Below are positions 29,574 through 39,744 of a stretch of 64,000 nucleotides of DNA, in pieces. The notes under the pieces are model-generated. The model was not told where the DNA came from. It was given only the letters and a program-made list of their open reading frames with translations, and searched no databases. Every line of letters starts with the position of its first letter. The stretch's first letter is position 1. Source of the stretch: an uncultured Gemmatimonadales bacterium (GTDB taxonomy: Bacteria; Gemmatimonadota; Gemmatimonadetes; Gemmatimonadales; GWC2-71-9); contig CAVOGR010000007.1 in the NCBI GenBank assembly GCA_963695555.1, positions 64,001 through 128,000 of the forward strand. Direction: 5' to 3'. The translations under genes and the position numbers were made by a program.

Positions 29574-30221
29574 CTACTCGAACTCCACGATGTACCCGCG
29601 CGGAGCGCGTACTTCTCCGGTGAACTCGACGCCGGCTTGGGCGAAGTCGGTCACCGGGTCGTTGGGCATGTCGTTCCAGGTATTACCCCTGGCGTCGAGT
29701 CCCTCAGCAAAGAAGTTCCCGTAGTGCTCGATGCCGCCCATGTTATTGGGCTCCGCCGTCGCGGCGGTGGTTCCGCTCAGCCAGTTGGTGTAGTCCGAGG
29801 CTTCTCCGGTGACCCAGCTCCAGCCCCCGGCCGGCTCGGGTGCGCCATCGGTCTGATAGAGACCAATCCAGGGACCGATTGAGACCTGAATGGGATTCGC
29901 TTCACCGTCGGCCATGGCGGTGACGTCCAGGTTCACCCAGATATCGGCATTTTCGGCGATCAAGGCGTACACCAGCGCATTCTCTTCCGCCGACGTGATG
30001 GCGGCGAGGTGTCCGCCATCCGCCTCGGCCCGGGCCTTGGCATCCTCCCAGGTGAGTCCATCCGGGACGACGACGGCGCGATATCGCTCGCTCGCACCAC
30101 CAGCCGCGGCCGCGGCCGCGGCCTCATCAGCACGGGGCGCCCGATCATAGCCGCCGCAGCCCGCGAGGGCGACCATGCCTGCCGGCAAGAGGGCGACGCT
30201 TAGCATTCTCATGACCCGCAT
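29574..30221 (-). CDS. Lipoprotein with a bacterial C-type lectin domain
   Basis: RBS AGGAGG, lipobox LAG-C. TWEDAK..A...GGHLAAITSAEEN, WIGL, WSWVTGE...YTNW, EPNN, WND, GYIVEFE. Confidence 0.85.
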   Translation of the reverse strand: MRVMRMLSVALLPAGMVALAGCGGYDRAPRADEAAAAAAAGGASERYRAVVVPDGLTWEDAKARAEADGGHLAAITSAEENALVYALIAENADIWVNLDVTAMADGEANPIQVSIGPWIGLYQTDGAPEPAGGWSWVTGEASDYTNWLSGTTAATAEPNNMGGIEHYGNFFAEGLDARGNTWNDMPNDPVTDFAQAGVEFTGEVRAPRGYIVEFE

Positions 30222-30321
30222 GTGAGCCTCCTGGCTTTCGGGTATCAAAGCCAAGGTATGCCCAGTCTACCCGACGTCAACCACATGGGCCCTCCAACAG
30301 GCGAGGGTCCCCGGGAAGGAG

Positions 30322-30543
30322 CTAGACGGCGGGTGGAGTCGGTATCGCAGCTCTCCCGACGGCCACCCCGTCGAAAGAGAGGCCGCGCTCCTGGGCGCAC
30401 TCGGCGCAGAGGAAGACCGTTGGCTTGAGCTTCTCGACCTGGGCCTTGGTCGGGCCCCGAGCCGCGAGGGGAACAACCGGTACGCCGGTGATCTTGACGC
30501 CGCAATCGGCGCAGGTATGGTCCTGGGCTTTGGAGACGGTCAT
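30322..30543 (-). CDS. Small putative zinc-ribbon protein (73 aa)
   Basis: GGAGG/GGAG RBS before ATG 30543, CADC...CAEC pair. Confidence 0.55.
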   Translation of the reverse strand: MTVSKAQDHTCADCGVKITGVPVVPLAARGPTKAQVEKLKPTVFLCAECAQERGLSFDGVAVGRAAIPTPPAV

Positions 30544-30714
30544 AGCTCCATTCCTCCACCGATGATAATTGAACGCCCACGACATGCGGCTGCCGATCGC
30601 CGCCATATAGGGATAACTAGCCGCGGGGCCAAAGAGTTCCAGTGGCTGCTTCGCCCGAGGCCCCGGCTTGTCGCGCCCCGTCGAGGAGGCAGGGAGAGCC
30701 CACCGGAGGACACG

Positions 30715-32016
30715 TCAAAGGATGGAGGCGGCCAAGGTCGCGAGCCCCAAGAAACTCAAGAATCCCATCACGTCCGTCACCGTGGTCAGAATGATGGATG
30801 ACGCCTGAGCCGGGTCCTGCCCCAGCTTTTGAAGCACGATTGGGACCGAGGCGCCCGCCAGTCCGGCGATGGTCATCGAGATCACCATGGCCGTCACGAT
30901 CACGGCGGCGAGCCCCATTGAGCCACTCCAGATGTACACCGCCACCCCGGTCACGACCGCCACGGCCACGCCGTTGATGGCGCCGGCGCCGATCTCCTTG
31001 AGGGCGACCCGCCACCAGTGTTTCGCCCGGATCTCCCGAAGCGCCAGACCTCGCATGGTGACGGCCAGGGCCTGGGCGCCGGTGTTGCCGGATTGTCCCG
31101 CCACCACCGGCAGCAGCACGGCCAGCGCGGTAAACTGCGCGATGGTTCCCTCGAACAGCCCTACCACGGCCGCCGCGAGGAATGCGGTGCCAAGGTTGAC
31201 CTGGAGCCAGGGAAGGCGGCGGCGCACGGCGAACGTAATCCCGGACAGGGCCCGTTCATCTTTACTCGCGCCCACCATGGTTTGAACGTCTGCGCTCGCT
31301 TCCGTTTGCACGGCCGCAATCAACTGCGCCTGGCGGACGACACCGAGAACCCGTCCCCGGAAGTCGACGACGGGGATGCTCGATGCCTTGCTCTGTTCAA
31401 AGAGCTCGATGACGGCGTCCCGAGGAGCCGTCGCTTCGATGCTGGCATGCGGCTGCTGCAGGTCTCCCAGGCGGTCACCCTGTTGCGCCGCGACGAGCGC
31501 CTGCAACGAAAGGGCACCGATGAGGACCCCGTCATCGTCTATCAGGAAGACATCGGCGATCCGCCTTTCTCCCAGCTGCCGCAGCCGCTTGACCGCATCT
31601 TTCACGGTTGCTTGAGGACGAAACGTCGTGACCCTGGGGTCCATGATGCCGCCGGCACTGTCGGATGGATACGCCATGAGGGCTTCCAAATCCTCGGCGA
31701 TCACTGGGTCGAGGCTCGCCAACAGGTGCGACCGCCGGTCCGGATCGCACCGTGCGAGGACGCTCGCCGTACGGCTCGGCTCGAGATTCGGTGCCAGGGC
31801 CCCGAACACCGCAGGGGCAAGCACATCGAGCAGGTCCACGGCAGCGTCCGGCCGGAGTCGGTCGAACAGCACTGCGGCATCGGCGGCCGGGGAGTGCTCC
31901 AGAAGCTCTGCGACGTCCCGCGGTGGCAGCCGTTCTGCCAAGGACGCGAATTCATCCGGATACAACTCGGAGAACCGTCGTGTCAGTGCCTGAGCCAGGC
32001 GATCGACGCTAGGCAT
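30715..32016 (-). CDS. mgtE: Magnesium transporter MgtE
   Basis: N domain, CBS pair (YPSDSAGGIM), RRLPWL, LPVVAGQSGNTGAQ, DPAQASS..LTTVTDVMG. Confidence 0.92.
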   Translation of the reverse strand: MPSVDRLAQALTRRFSELYPDEFASLAERLPPRDVAELLEHSPAADAAVLFDRLRPDAAVDLLDVLAPAVFGALAPNLEPSRTASVLARCDPDRRSHLLASLDPVIAEDLEALMAYPSDSAGGIMDPRVTTFRPQATVKDAVKRLRQLGERRIADVFLIDDDGVLIGALSLQALVAAQQGDRLGDLQQPHASIEATAPRDAVIELFEQSKASSIPVVDFRGRVLGVVRQAQLIAAVQTEASADVQTMVGASKDERALSGITFAVRRRLPWLQVNLGTAFLAAAVVGLFEGTIAQFTALAVLLPVVAGQSGNTGAQALAVTMRGLALREIRAKHWWRVALKEIGAGAINGVAVAVVTGVAVYIWSGSMGLAAVIVTAMVISMTIAGLAGASVPIVLQKLGQDPAQASSIILTTVTDVMGFLSFLGLATLAASIL

Positions 32017-32863
32017 CGTGATGCTTCCCCTCTCCGGACTGGGATGCCGGTTCGTGAGCTTCGGAGGTGCTGGATACGCCAGGGAGAAACGTGGACAGCC
32101 CGATCCAGTAGAGCTCTCCAAGGCTGAGTAGCGTGTCGGTGATCCCGCCCGGACCCGTCGTGGTATCGAGTTGCCGCAGTTGCCGATAGCGAAGCATGCC
32201 GAGGAGTACACCGGAGTCGTCGATCACCGGAAGCGTGTCCAGGTGCCGCCAGGCCGGATGTGCCGCGGCGCTGGCGAGTCGGCTGGTGGCCACGAGACTC
32301 TCGTCCGCCGGTTGCATGATCCCGGCCAGCGTTCCCTTCGCTCTCGCACCCACCAGGTCACGTATGTGCATTACGCCCACCAGCCGCTGGGAGCGATCCA
32401 CTACATACACGTGGTGGTGCGCCGCCCGGTGGTGCCGACGAAGTTGGCGCAACGCCTCGCCGAGTGACAGATCGTGTGCCAGCGCGAGCACATCGGGGTC
32501 CGTGACGGACCCCACCGTGTTCTCGCCATACGACAGGAGTCGGCGCACCCGGTCTTGCGAGTCATCGGGCAGAGCCGACACCAGCGCGTCCTGCTCAGCG
32601 TGCGGCAACCGGCGCAGCAGCGCAACCGCCACCCGCGGCGACAGGGCAGCGATCACGGCCGAACCACGCTCCGGCTCCATCAAGGAAAGGCAGCCGACCG
32701 CCGCCACGGGATTCATCCGTTCAATGACTGCTGCCGCGGCATCTGCCGTGAGTCCGTCGATGAAGGCTGCCGCGGCCGGCGCCGCATACTGCTCGATCAG
32801 GCGTGCCGCATCCTGGGGGTGGGCTTCGGCAAACCCGCGGGCGCACACATCTTGGGCGCGCAT
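32009..32863 (-). CDS. MgtE N-terminal plus CBS-pair protein lacking the TM domain
   Basis: MgtE_N-like helical repeats, LLSYGENTVGS, VYVVDRSQRLVGV, LPVIDDSGVLLG. Stop overlaps the mgtE start by 8 bp. Confidence 0.8.
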   Translation of the reverse strand: MRAQDVCARGFAEAHPQDAARLIEQYAAPAAAAFIDGLTADAAAAVIERMNPVAAVGCLSLMEPERGSAVIAALSPRVAVALLRRLPHAEQDALVSALPDDSQDRVRRLLSYGENTVGSVTDPDVLALAHDLSLGEALRQLRRHHRAAHHHVYVVDRSQRLVGVMHIRDLVGARAKGTLAGIMQPADESLVATSRLASAAAHPAWRHLDTLPVIDDSGVLLGMLRYRQLRQLDTTTGPGGITDTLLSLGELYWIGLSTFLPGVSSTSEAHEPASQSGEGKHHDA

Positions 32864-32867
32864 GCGA

Positions 32868-33674
32868 TTACGCCTGTGTGAGGAGCAAGGATGGCTCCTC
32901 GCTGAATCGGCGGGCGGGTATCTGGATCCGACCCTCCCGCGTCGCAACGATGATGGCCGTGTGAGTGGCCTGGAGGATCTCTCCCTCGATATCGCCAATC
33001 CGAATGGTCTGACCGACGCGGTAGGTTTGGGCAACGTAGTGGGACGCGATGATGTTGCCCACAGTATCACGTGCGCCCAACGCGAAGGCGAGTCCTGCGC
33101 TGCCGAATGTGGCGGCCATCAGTACCGTCAGCAGAATCACCAGCAATTGCGCGTCGATACCGATCTGATCCAACGCCACCACGACGGCCACGACGATCAC
33201 GAGCACCTGCACGGCCCGTCCAAGACGCTCGGCATTGGGCACGCCGGCCGAGCGCGCTCCCGTGGTGGCGCCTCTACCGACGAGTCGCGCAACGACCAGC
33301 CCGCCCACCACGACCACGACGGCCGCGAGCACGTTCGGCAGATAGTACGCCACCTGGTTCAAGACGTCGGTGACGAGCGTGAACCCGAGCGATTCGATGG
33401 CCGCCGTGATGAAGAACAGCCACGTTACCCAAAACACGAAACCCGCGACGATCCGGGGAATCGTCGAGCGAATGCCCCGGTCCTCAACCGCCTCCCGAAA
33501 TTGTGTACTCCGCCTGGCGCGTTCGATCACCCGCGCGAGCAGACGGCCCATCAGAAATCGAAGGAATAGAGCGATCAGCCACCCGGCGAAGACCAGCAGC
33601 GCAGCAACCAGCAGCTGCGGCAGGAAGGCTTGCAGGCGGGCGAGGACATCGGACAACCACTGTGTGTTGGACAT
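32868..33674 (-). CDS. Small-conductance mechanosensitive channel family protein (TM_helix repeats)
   Basis: FLPQLLVAALLVFAGW and YLPNVLAAVVVVVGG repeats, LAFALGARDTVGNIIAS, GQTIRIGDIEGEI. Confidence 0.83.
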   Translation of the reverse strand: MSNTQWLSDVLARLQAFLPQLLVAALLVFAGWLIALFLRFLMGRLLARVIERARRSTQFREAVEDRGIRSTIPRIVAGFVFWVTWLFFITAAIESLGFTLVTDVLNQVAYYLPNVLAAVVVVVGGLVVARLVGRGATTGARSAGVPNAERLGRAVQVLVIVVAVVVALDQIGIDAQLLVILLTVLMAATFGSAGLAFALGARDTVGNIIASHYVAQTYRVGQTIRIGDIEGEILQATHTAIIVATREGRIQIPARRFSEEPSLLLTQA

Positions 33675-33923
33675 CGGACCCTCCGGTCATGCTGGGTGCG
33701 TGCGAATCGTCGTCCCCGTGTGGGCCGCCCGGGGCGCCGGCAATGCGGACTGGACGAGAATTGCGGGGCTTTGAAGAATACCGACAGCGCGGATCGGCCG
33801 GCACGGCCGGGGCGCGGACTGCCTAGCGTATGTGAACATGTCCCGCGCCGCATCCGGCGACGACGTGACCTTCAGGTCTCTGCGAGCCGAGCGAATCGCG
33901 TCCGAATCGCACATCCACTCGTC

Positions 33924-35714
33924 CTAGAACGCATCCTCCCACCGCTTGCTCAACCGCATGGCCGAGTTGATGAGGCCGACCATCGAATAGGTCTGGGGGA
34001 AGTTGCCCCACAATTCTCCGGTTTCCTGGTCGACGTCTTCAGAAAACAACCCGAGATGGTTCCGGTGTTCGAGCAGCCGTTCGAACAACGCCCGCGCCTC
34101 CTCGAGGCGGCCCAACGCCACCAGGGCGTCGATATACCAAAACGTACAGACCGTGAAAGCGGTTGCCGGTTTGCCAAACTCGTCCTCGGTGTAGCGGAGG
34201 AAGAGTCCTCGATGGGCGAGCTGCGCGGCCAGGCCGTCCACGGTCTTCGCGAAACGCGGGTCATCCGCTTCCAGGAAATCGAGTTCGTTCAACAGCAGGA
34301 GGCTCGCATCGGCTCCCTCACCACCCCACGTCGCGGCAAAGCGATCGATGGTGGGATTCCACGCCTGCTCGCAAATCTCGGCGTGCATGCGCTCGGCGGC
34401 AGCCCGCCAGTGGTCGGCGCGGTCGCTCAAGTTGAGTCGCGCGGCGATCTTGGCCAGTCGATCGACCGCGGCCCAACACATGACGCTCGAGAAGGTGTGG
34501 ATGGCTTCCTGGGCTCGAAACTCCCAGAGCCCGGCATCGGGCTGGTTGTAGCGCTCGAGTGCTTGGGTCCCGACCTTCTCCAATTGCTGAAACAAGAGAT
34601 CGGTGCCCTGGTGATACAGCCGCCGGTCGAAGAACACCTGTGTCGCGGAGAGCACAACGCTGCCATAGCCGTCGTTCTGCACCTGCTCCCACGCCTGGTT
34701 CCCGACCCGGACGGGACCCATGCCACGATACCCCGCGAGCGTGGTAATCTCGCGTTCCTCGAGCGGAGCCTCGGGGTTGATGCCGTACACCGGACGGAGG
34801 TACCCGTCCTTCGCCGCGGTCGCGAGGTTCGTGATGTAGGCGAGATAGCGTTCGAGCGTGCCGGTGGTGCCGAGTCGGTTGAGCGCGTGCACTACGAAAT
34901 AGGAGTCTCTGAGCCAGCAATAACGGTAATCCCAGTTGCGAGCGGAATCCGGCGATTCGGGAATGGATGTCGTCATGGCCGCGATGATCGCACCGCTTTC
35001 GTCGTAGCTGCAGAGCTTGAGTGTGATCGCGGCCCGGATCACGTCGTCTTGCCACTCGAAGGGAATCGACAGATACCGGGTGAACTCGGCCCAATAGAAA
35101 TGGGTGCGTTCGTAGAACTCGCGGGCGGTCTTTGCGACCGAATCGCGCAAGCTCTCGTCGGGACCGAGGATCATGGCGATAGGACTGGTCAGGACGAATG
35201 CGGTCTCGTCCATGATGTAGCGGACGGAGGCGTCGGTCGTGAGACGCAGGGTGATCGCGTCGCCGATAAACCGGATGTGGTTGCTGCCGGAGGTTCGCTC
35301 CGGCGTGCGCGAGCCGTATCCCGTCCGGGGACGCAGCCGGATGCGAATGCGCGGCACGCCCCCGAGGGGGCGCACCATCCGGATCAGCGTTGTGGGCCGG
35401 AAATACCGGTCGTAGTGCCGAAATCGCGGCGCGAAATCGATGATCTCGAGTGCGCCACCCGCCGTATCCCGCAACACCGTCCGCAGGATCGCCGTGTTAG
35501 GAACATATTCCTGTTCCGCGCTCGCAAAGTTTTCGATTGCGATGTCCCACAGGCCGACGCCGGTGGCTCCTTCGCCGTTCGCCCCGTCGATGAGCGAGCA
35601 GAACATCGGGTCGCCGTCGAAGTTCGGGAAACAGGCCCAACACACGCGGCCCTTCCGATCGATCAGCGCACCGTAACTGCAGTTGCCGATGACAGCGAGA
35701 TTCAGATCCGACAT
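33924..35714 (-). CDS. Glycoside hydrolase family 15 (trehalase/glucoamylase-like)
   Basis: LAVIGNC, AAMTTSIPE, RNWDYRYCWLRD, QNDGYG, PDAGLWE, LFSED, GNFPQTYS. Confidence 0.94.
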   Translation of the reverse strand: MSDLNLAVIGNCSYGALIDRKGRVCWACFPNFDGDPMFCSLIDGANGEGATGVGLWDIAIENFASAEQEYVPNTAILRTVLRDTAGGALEIIDFAPRFRHYDRYFRPTTLIRMVRPLGGVPRIRIRLRPRTGYGSRTPERTSGSNHIRFIGDAITLRLTTDASVRYIMDETAFVLTSPIAMILGPDESLRDSVAKTAREFYERTHFYWAEFTRYLSIPFEWQDDVIRAAITLKLCSYDESGAIIAAMTTSIPESPDSARNWDYRYCWLRDSYFVVHALNRLGTTGTLERYLAYITNLATAAKDGYLRPVYGINPEAPLEEREITTLAGYRGMGPVRVGNQAWEQVQNDGYGSVVLSATQVFFDRRLYHQGTDLLFQQLEKVGTQALERYNQPDAGLWEFRAQEAIHTFSSVMCWAAVDRLAKIAARLNLSDRADHWRAAAERMHAEICEQAWNPTIDRFAATWGGEGADASLLLLNELDFLEADDPRFAKTVDGLAAQLAHRGLFLRYTEDEFGKPATAFTVCTFWYIDALVALGRLEEARALFERLLEHRNHLGLFSEDVDQETGELWGNFPQTYSMVGLINSAMRLSKRWEDAF

Positions 35715-35974
35715 GTGCGATCGTGGGCAGCGGGTTTTGTCCGTGCTCGATCCATCTCCACACCTCCGCTCCGGAATTACTGCGTGGCTTCGTCCGGTCC
35801 TGTGCCTTCGAAGTCCGGCTAAATGTTCTCCGAGCGCGCTTGCGACCGCAAGGGATGTAATCTCATGCCCGGCTGCGGCCGAGCCATTGCCACCAGCCTC
35901 CAGAGGGACGGGGCATAGACGTCGGATGACGATTGAACTCTCCCATCCGTGCCGTCGATGCACTAATGTTGGTC

Positions 35975-37627
35975 ATGCCTGACATCGACCAGGCTGAGCC
36001 GCCCGAACTCCGCCCTCACCGGCCGAGCCCAGCCGAACGCGAGATCGCCTCCCAGGCGTCGGTCCGGCTGCCCTCCGACCTACTGCAGGCATCGGTTCGC
36101 AGACTTCGGATCGTGGCCCTGCTCTATGCTGCCGTGTTCTTCCTCGCGGCCATCTTCCCCAACGCCTTCTGCCTGCTTGCTGCCCAGGTGAATTCGAACG
36201 TCGTCTGCTTTCCGACGTACTTCACGACGTTTCGCACGATTGGTCCGCCAGTCCTTTCAATGGCGCTGGGGCTTACTGTGTACGGCGTCATCCGTTGGTC
36301 GGCCCTTCCGCCGGCTGGCAAGCTGCACCTCGGATTGTTCTTCGAGGTGCTTGGCAGCGTCGGGATCGCCGTCGCCGAGTTCCAGGGCGTCATCTCGGCA
36401 ATCAAGTACACCGGAATGGAGAACGTGGCCGGGGCCGGAGGCTTCGGGCTGTCGTGGGTATCGGTGTGGGTCATGTTCTTCACCGTCGTCGTTCCGAGCC
36501 CGCCGCGACGTGCCCTCGTGGCCGCTATCCTCTCGGTCAGCGCGGTCCCCGTTGCGTTCGCGATCTTATCGTCGCTAGGCATGACCACGGTCGAACTGAA
36601 TCCGTTTGGATTCTTCTTCGCGTTGATCTTTCCCTACGTACTCATAGTCGGCATGGCCTTCATCGCCGCGCGCGTGGTGTACCACCTCGGGACGGAAGTA
36701 CGCCGTGCCCGTGAAGTAGGGAGTTATCGACTGGTCGAGCGGCTGGGCGTGGGCGGCATGGGCGAGGTGTGGCGGGCCGAGCACCGGCTCCTGGCGCGAC
36801 CGGCGGCCATCAAGCTCGTGCGAGCGGAATCCATCGGGATCACCCAGGCGGAGCGGAGCCGCGTGCTCCACCGGTTCGAGCGGGAGGCGCAGGCGACAGC
36901 GACAATGCGGTGTCCCCACACGGTGGAGCTGTACGACTTCGGCGTGGCCGACGACGGGGCCTTCTTCTACGTGATGGAGCTGCTCGACGGATTCGATCTC
37001 GACACGCTGGTCCGGCAATTCGGTCCGCAGCCGGCGGAACGCGTGGTGCACATGTTGACCCAGGTGTGTCATTCATTGGGCGAGGCGCACGAGGCCGGCC
37101 TGATTCATCGTGACATCAAGCCGGCCAATATCTACACCTGTCGCTTTGGCCGCGAGACCGATTGGATCAAGGTCCTCGATTTCGGCATGGTCAAGCGGAC
37201 CGGGGCCGACCGCACCCGCGATCCACAGCTCACGGCCGAGAACGTCGTGGGCGGTACCCCGGCGTACATGGCCCCCGAACAGGCCATGGGCGGCACGATT
37301 GACGGGCGGGTCGATCTCTACGCCCTCGGCTGCGTTGCCTACTGGGCGTTGACGGGAGAGCAGGTTTTCGTAGGACGAACGCCGATGGAGACGATGATGC
37401 TCCACGTCAGGGAACCGCCGGTGTCGCTGTCGGAACGAACCGAGCTGCCGATTCCGGACCAACTGGAGGCAGCCGTCATGGCCTGCCTGGCCAAGGACCC
37501 CGCCGATCGGCCACCGACGGCGGACGCGTTGGCCTCGTGGCTCCGCTCGGTGCCGCTCGAGCGGCCGTGGAACGCCGAGCGGTCAGCCGCCTGGTGGGAC
37601 ACGCATCGCCCCCGCGGCTCGACATAG
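35975..37627 (+). CDS. Ser/Thr kinase with N-terminal multi-TM domain
   Basis: About five or six TM helices, then LGVGGMGEVW, AAIKL, HRDIKPAN, DFG, GTPAYMAPE. The ORF is open from 35933; start uncertain. Confidence 0.92.
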   Translation: MPDIDQAEPPELRPHRPSPAEREIASQASVRLPSDLLQASVRRLRIVALLYAAVFFLAAIFPNAFCLLAAQVNSNVVCFPTYFTTFRTIGPPVLSMALGLTVYGVIRWSALPPAGKLHLGLFFEVLGSVGIAVAEFQGVISAIKYTGMENVAGAGGFGLSWVSVWVMFFTVVVPSPPRRALVAAILSVSAVPVAFAILSSLGMTTVELNPFGFFFALIFPYVLIVGMAFIAARVVYHLGTEVRRAREVGSYRLVERLGVGGMGEVWRAEHRLLARPAAIKLVRAESIGITQAERSRVLHRFEREAQATATMRCPHTVELYDFGVADDGAFFYVMELLDGFDLDTLVRQFGPQPAERVVHMLTQVCHSLGEAHEAGLIHRDIKPANIYTCRFGRETDWIKVLDFGMVKRTGADRTRDPQLTAENVVGGTPAYMAPEQAMGGTIDGRVDLYALGCVAYWALTGEQVFVGRTPMETMMLHVREPPVSLSERTELPIPDQLEAAVMACLAKDPADRPPTADALASWLRSVPLERPWNAERSAAWWDTHRPRGST

Positions 37628-37693
37628 CCGCGGACTCAGAAACGACGGGGCCATACGCCAAGGTGGTCCCGAACTAATCGACTGGAGCAAAGC

Positions 37694-37729
37694 GATCGGG
37701 GGTACGCAGCCAGCGTACCCCCGATCTTT
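37694..37729. terminator. Probable bidirectional Rho-independent terminator
   Basis: 14-bp perfect stem GATCGGGGGTACGC/GCGTACCCCCGATC between convergent genes, with AAA before and TTTC after. Confidence 0.8.
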
Positions 37730-37747
37730 CTACTTGCCGGGCCTGTG

Positions 37748-39721
37748 CTACCGTGCTGCGTCTGCCAACTCGCGCACCGTCGTCGCCAGCATCCGCACCT
37801 TCTGGGCCTCGCCGGATCTGCTCGCGTCGCGCTCGAGCCCGGCCGTCAGGTCCCTGAGCGGGGCGCGTCGGGTCTCACCCGTTGCCTTTTCTGCGGTCGC
37901 CAGATCCGAGCGTGCCGCCGCAATCCGGTCCGCGGCAAGCCCTCGGGACCGCTCGAGCTGGTCGAGGTAGGCCCGCGCGAGGGCGAAGGTCGCCGGCCAG
38001 ACGAACCGCTGCTGGCCTTGGGCGTTGAAGTAATCGAGCCGGACCGACTTTGCCGCGTCGATTTCGTTCTGCGAGAGGAAGGCACTCGGCGCAAGCTCGA
38101 AGATGTCGAGCCCGCGCGCGATCTCGGAGCTCACCATCACGCCGTTGTACCAGTACACCGACCAGCTCCCGCCGCTTTCCATCTCCGCCGCGTTCACCGG
38201 TCCGCGGTCGTAGAACGCGATCTCCACCGGGTTCGCCGCATCGGTCCAGTCGAACACCGAGATGCCGCCCTGGTACCAGGCCTGCACCATCACGTCGCGC
38301 CCCGGGATCGGAATCAACGAGCCGTTGTGGGCCACGCAGTTCTCTTCCGGGGTCTGTGCGGCGGGCATCTTATAGTAGCTCTTGAACCGCATCTGCCGGT
38401 TCTCGAGGGTGAAGATGGCATCGGCACCCCATTCCATGGGGTCGGTGGCCCGGCATTTCGGCCCGCCACCGCCGCCCCACTCGTCGCTGAAGAGGACCTT
38501 GGTGCCATCGTTGTTGATGGTCGCCGAATGCCAGTAGGAGAAGTTGGTATCGCTCACGGCACCGATGCGGGTCGGATTCACGGGATCGCTGATGTCGAGC
38601 AGGAGGCCGTACCCGCCGCACGCGCCGCCGGCCAAACCGATCGCCGGATAGACGGTGATGTCGTGGCACTGCGAGGGACCGGGTCGGGGACCAGAAGGCT
38701 GCCTGCCGACCATCCGCTCGATCATGGCCTGGATCCCGCTACGCAAGGCGGCGCTATCGGCCGATGTCGGGGCACCACTTCCGCCGCGCGCGGTGACCAC
38801 GCTGTCAAGCAGCCTGGCCGCGTATCCGTCGGGCAGTACCTGGTACTGGTCCTGGATCTGGAACACGAAGGCACCACGGGCCTTCGCCTTCTCGATCTCG
38901 GCCAAGTCGGCCGGCGACGCACCGTGCGTCTCCGGGGCCATGAGGTCCTGGAAGATGCGGGGCGAGCTCACGATGGCCGCCTGCTCCGGATGCGCGAGCG
39001 GCACCCGGATCACTTCGATCCTGAAGAGGGCGGAGTTCGGGTCTTCACTCGGCGGCGCGGCCACGCACCCGGGCAGCTCGGCAGCCGGCCGCACCGGCGC
39101 GGATCCCGACACATAGATGTAAACGTTCTCGTCGTCGTTCGGGTCCTCCAGTACCGTGTGGGTGTGCGAGCCGCGGCAGGTCTGCACGTTGGTGATGTAG
39201 CGCGGGTTCCGGATGTCGGTGATGTCGAAGATCCGGATCCCGCGGAGCCGATCGGCGCTCACTGCCTCGGCCACGCCTTCGGTGCCGCAGTCGAGCCGGC
39301 CGCCGAAGTCCTCACCCGAGACGAACAAGAGATTCTGGTACACCGAGACATCGCTCTGTGAAGCTGGGCAGACGTACCCCACCACGAGCGACGGCTGACG
39401 CGGGTTCGAGATGTCCCACACCTGGATGCCGTTGTAGTTCCCCTGGATGGCGTACTTCCCGGTGAACGCGAGGTCCGAATTGGTCACGCCGAGGAAATCC
39501 TCAGGCGAGGGCGTGGTCGAGAGGACGTTCAGGTTCCACACCGCGGTCTCGGCGTCGAACAGTCCGGCTCGGAGCCCGACCCGAGGGTCAGGGCTCGGCG
39601 CGGCGGCCGCCGGAGCGGGCACGGCACCAACAGCGCTCGACGTCGAGGTCGAGGGGGCGCAGGCAGCCGTGGCGAGGCCGAGCATCCCAGCAATGAGGAA
39701 CAGAGGAGCAACACGATTCAT
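37748..39721 (-). CDS. LVIVD-repeat beta-propeller lipoprotein
   Basis: Lipobox TAA-C, NSDLAF, VWDISNP / IFDITD / LLDISDP repeats, CRGSHTHT, CHDITV, WHSA, DEWGGG, ENCVAHNGS. Confidence 0.88.
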   Translation of the reverse strand: MNRVAPLFLIAGMLGLATAACAPSTSTSSAVGAVPAPAAAAPSPDPRVGLRAGLFDAETAVWNLNVLSTTPSPEDFLGVTNSDLAFTGKYAIQGNYNGIQVWDISNPRQPSLVVGYVCPASQSDVSVYQNLLFVSGEDFGGRLDCGTEGVAEAVSADRLRGIRIFDITDIRNPRYITNVQTCRGSHTHTVLEDPNDDENVYIYVSGSAPVRPAAELPGCVAAPPSEDPNSALFRIEVIRVPLAHPEQAAIVSSPRIFQDLMAPETHGASPADLAEIEKAKARGAFVFQIQDQYQVLPDGYAARLLDSVVTARGGSGAPTSADSAALRSGIQAMIERMVGRQPSGPRPGPSQCHDITVYPAIGLAGGACGGYGLLLDISDPVNPTRIGAVSDTNFSYWHSATINNDGTKVLFSDEWGGGGGPKCRATDPMEWGADAIFTLENRQMRFKSYYKMPAAQTPEENCVAHNGSLIPIPGRDVMVQAWYQGGISVFDWTDAANPVEIAFYDRGPVNAAEMESGGSWSVYWYNGVMVSSEIARGLDIFELAPSAFLSQNEIDAAKSVRLDYFNAQGQQRFVWPATFALARAYLDQLERSRGLAADRIAAARSDLATAEKATGETRRAPLRDLTAGLERDASRSGEAQKVRMLATTVRELADAAR

Positions 39722-39744
39722 GGGGGGATTCCTAACGTTGGGGC

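Noticed and set aside
33630..35822. 730-aa plus-strand ORF (likewise 37745..39361, 53702..55060, 58559..59965, 32196..33569)
   Set aside because: Antisense shadows of well-supported genes in high-GC DNA, with no recognisable motifs.
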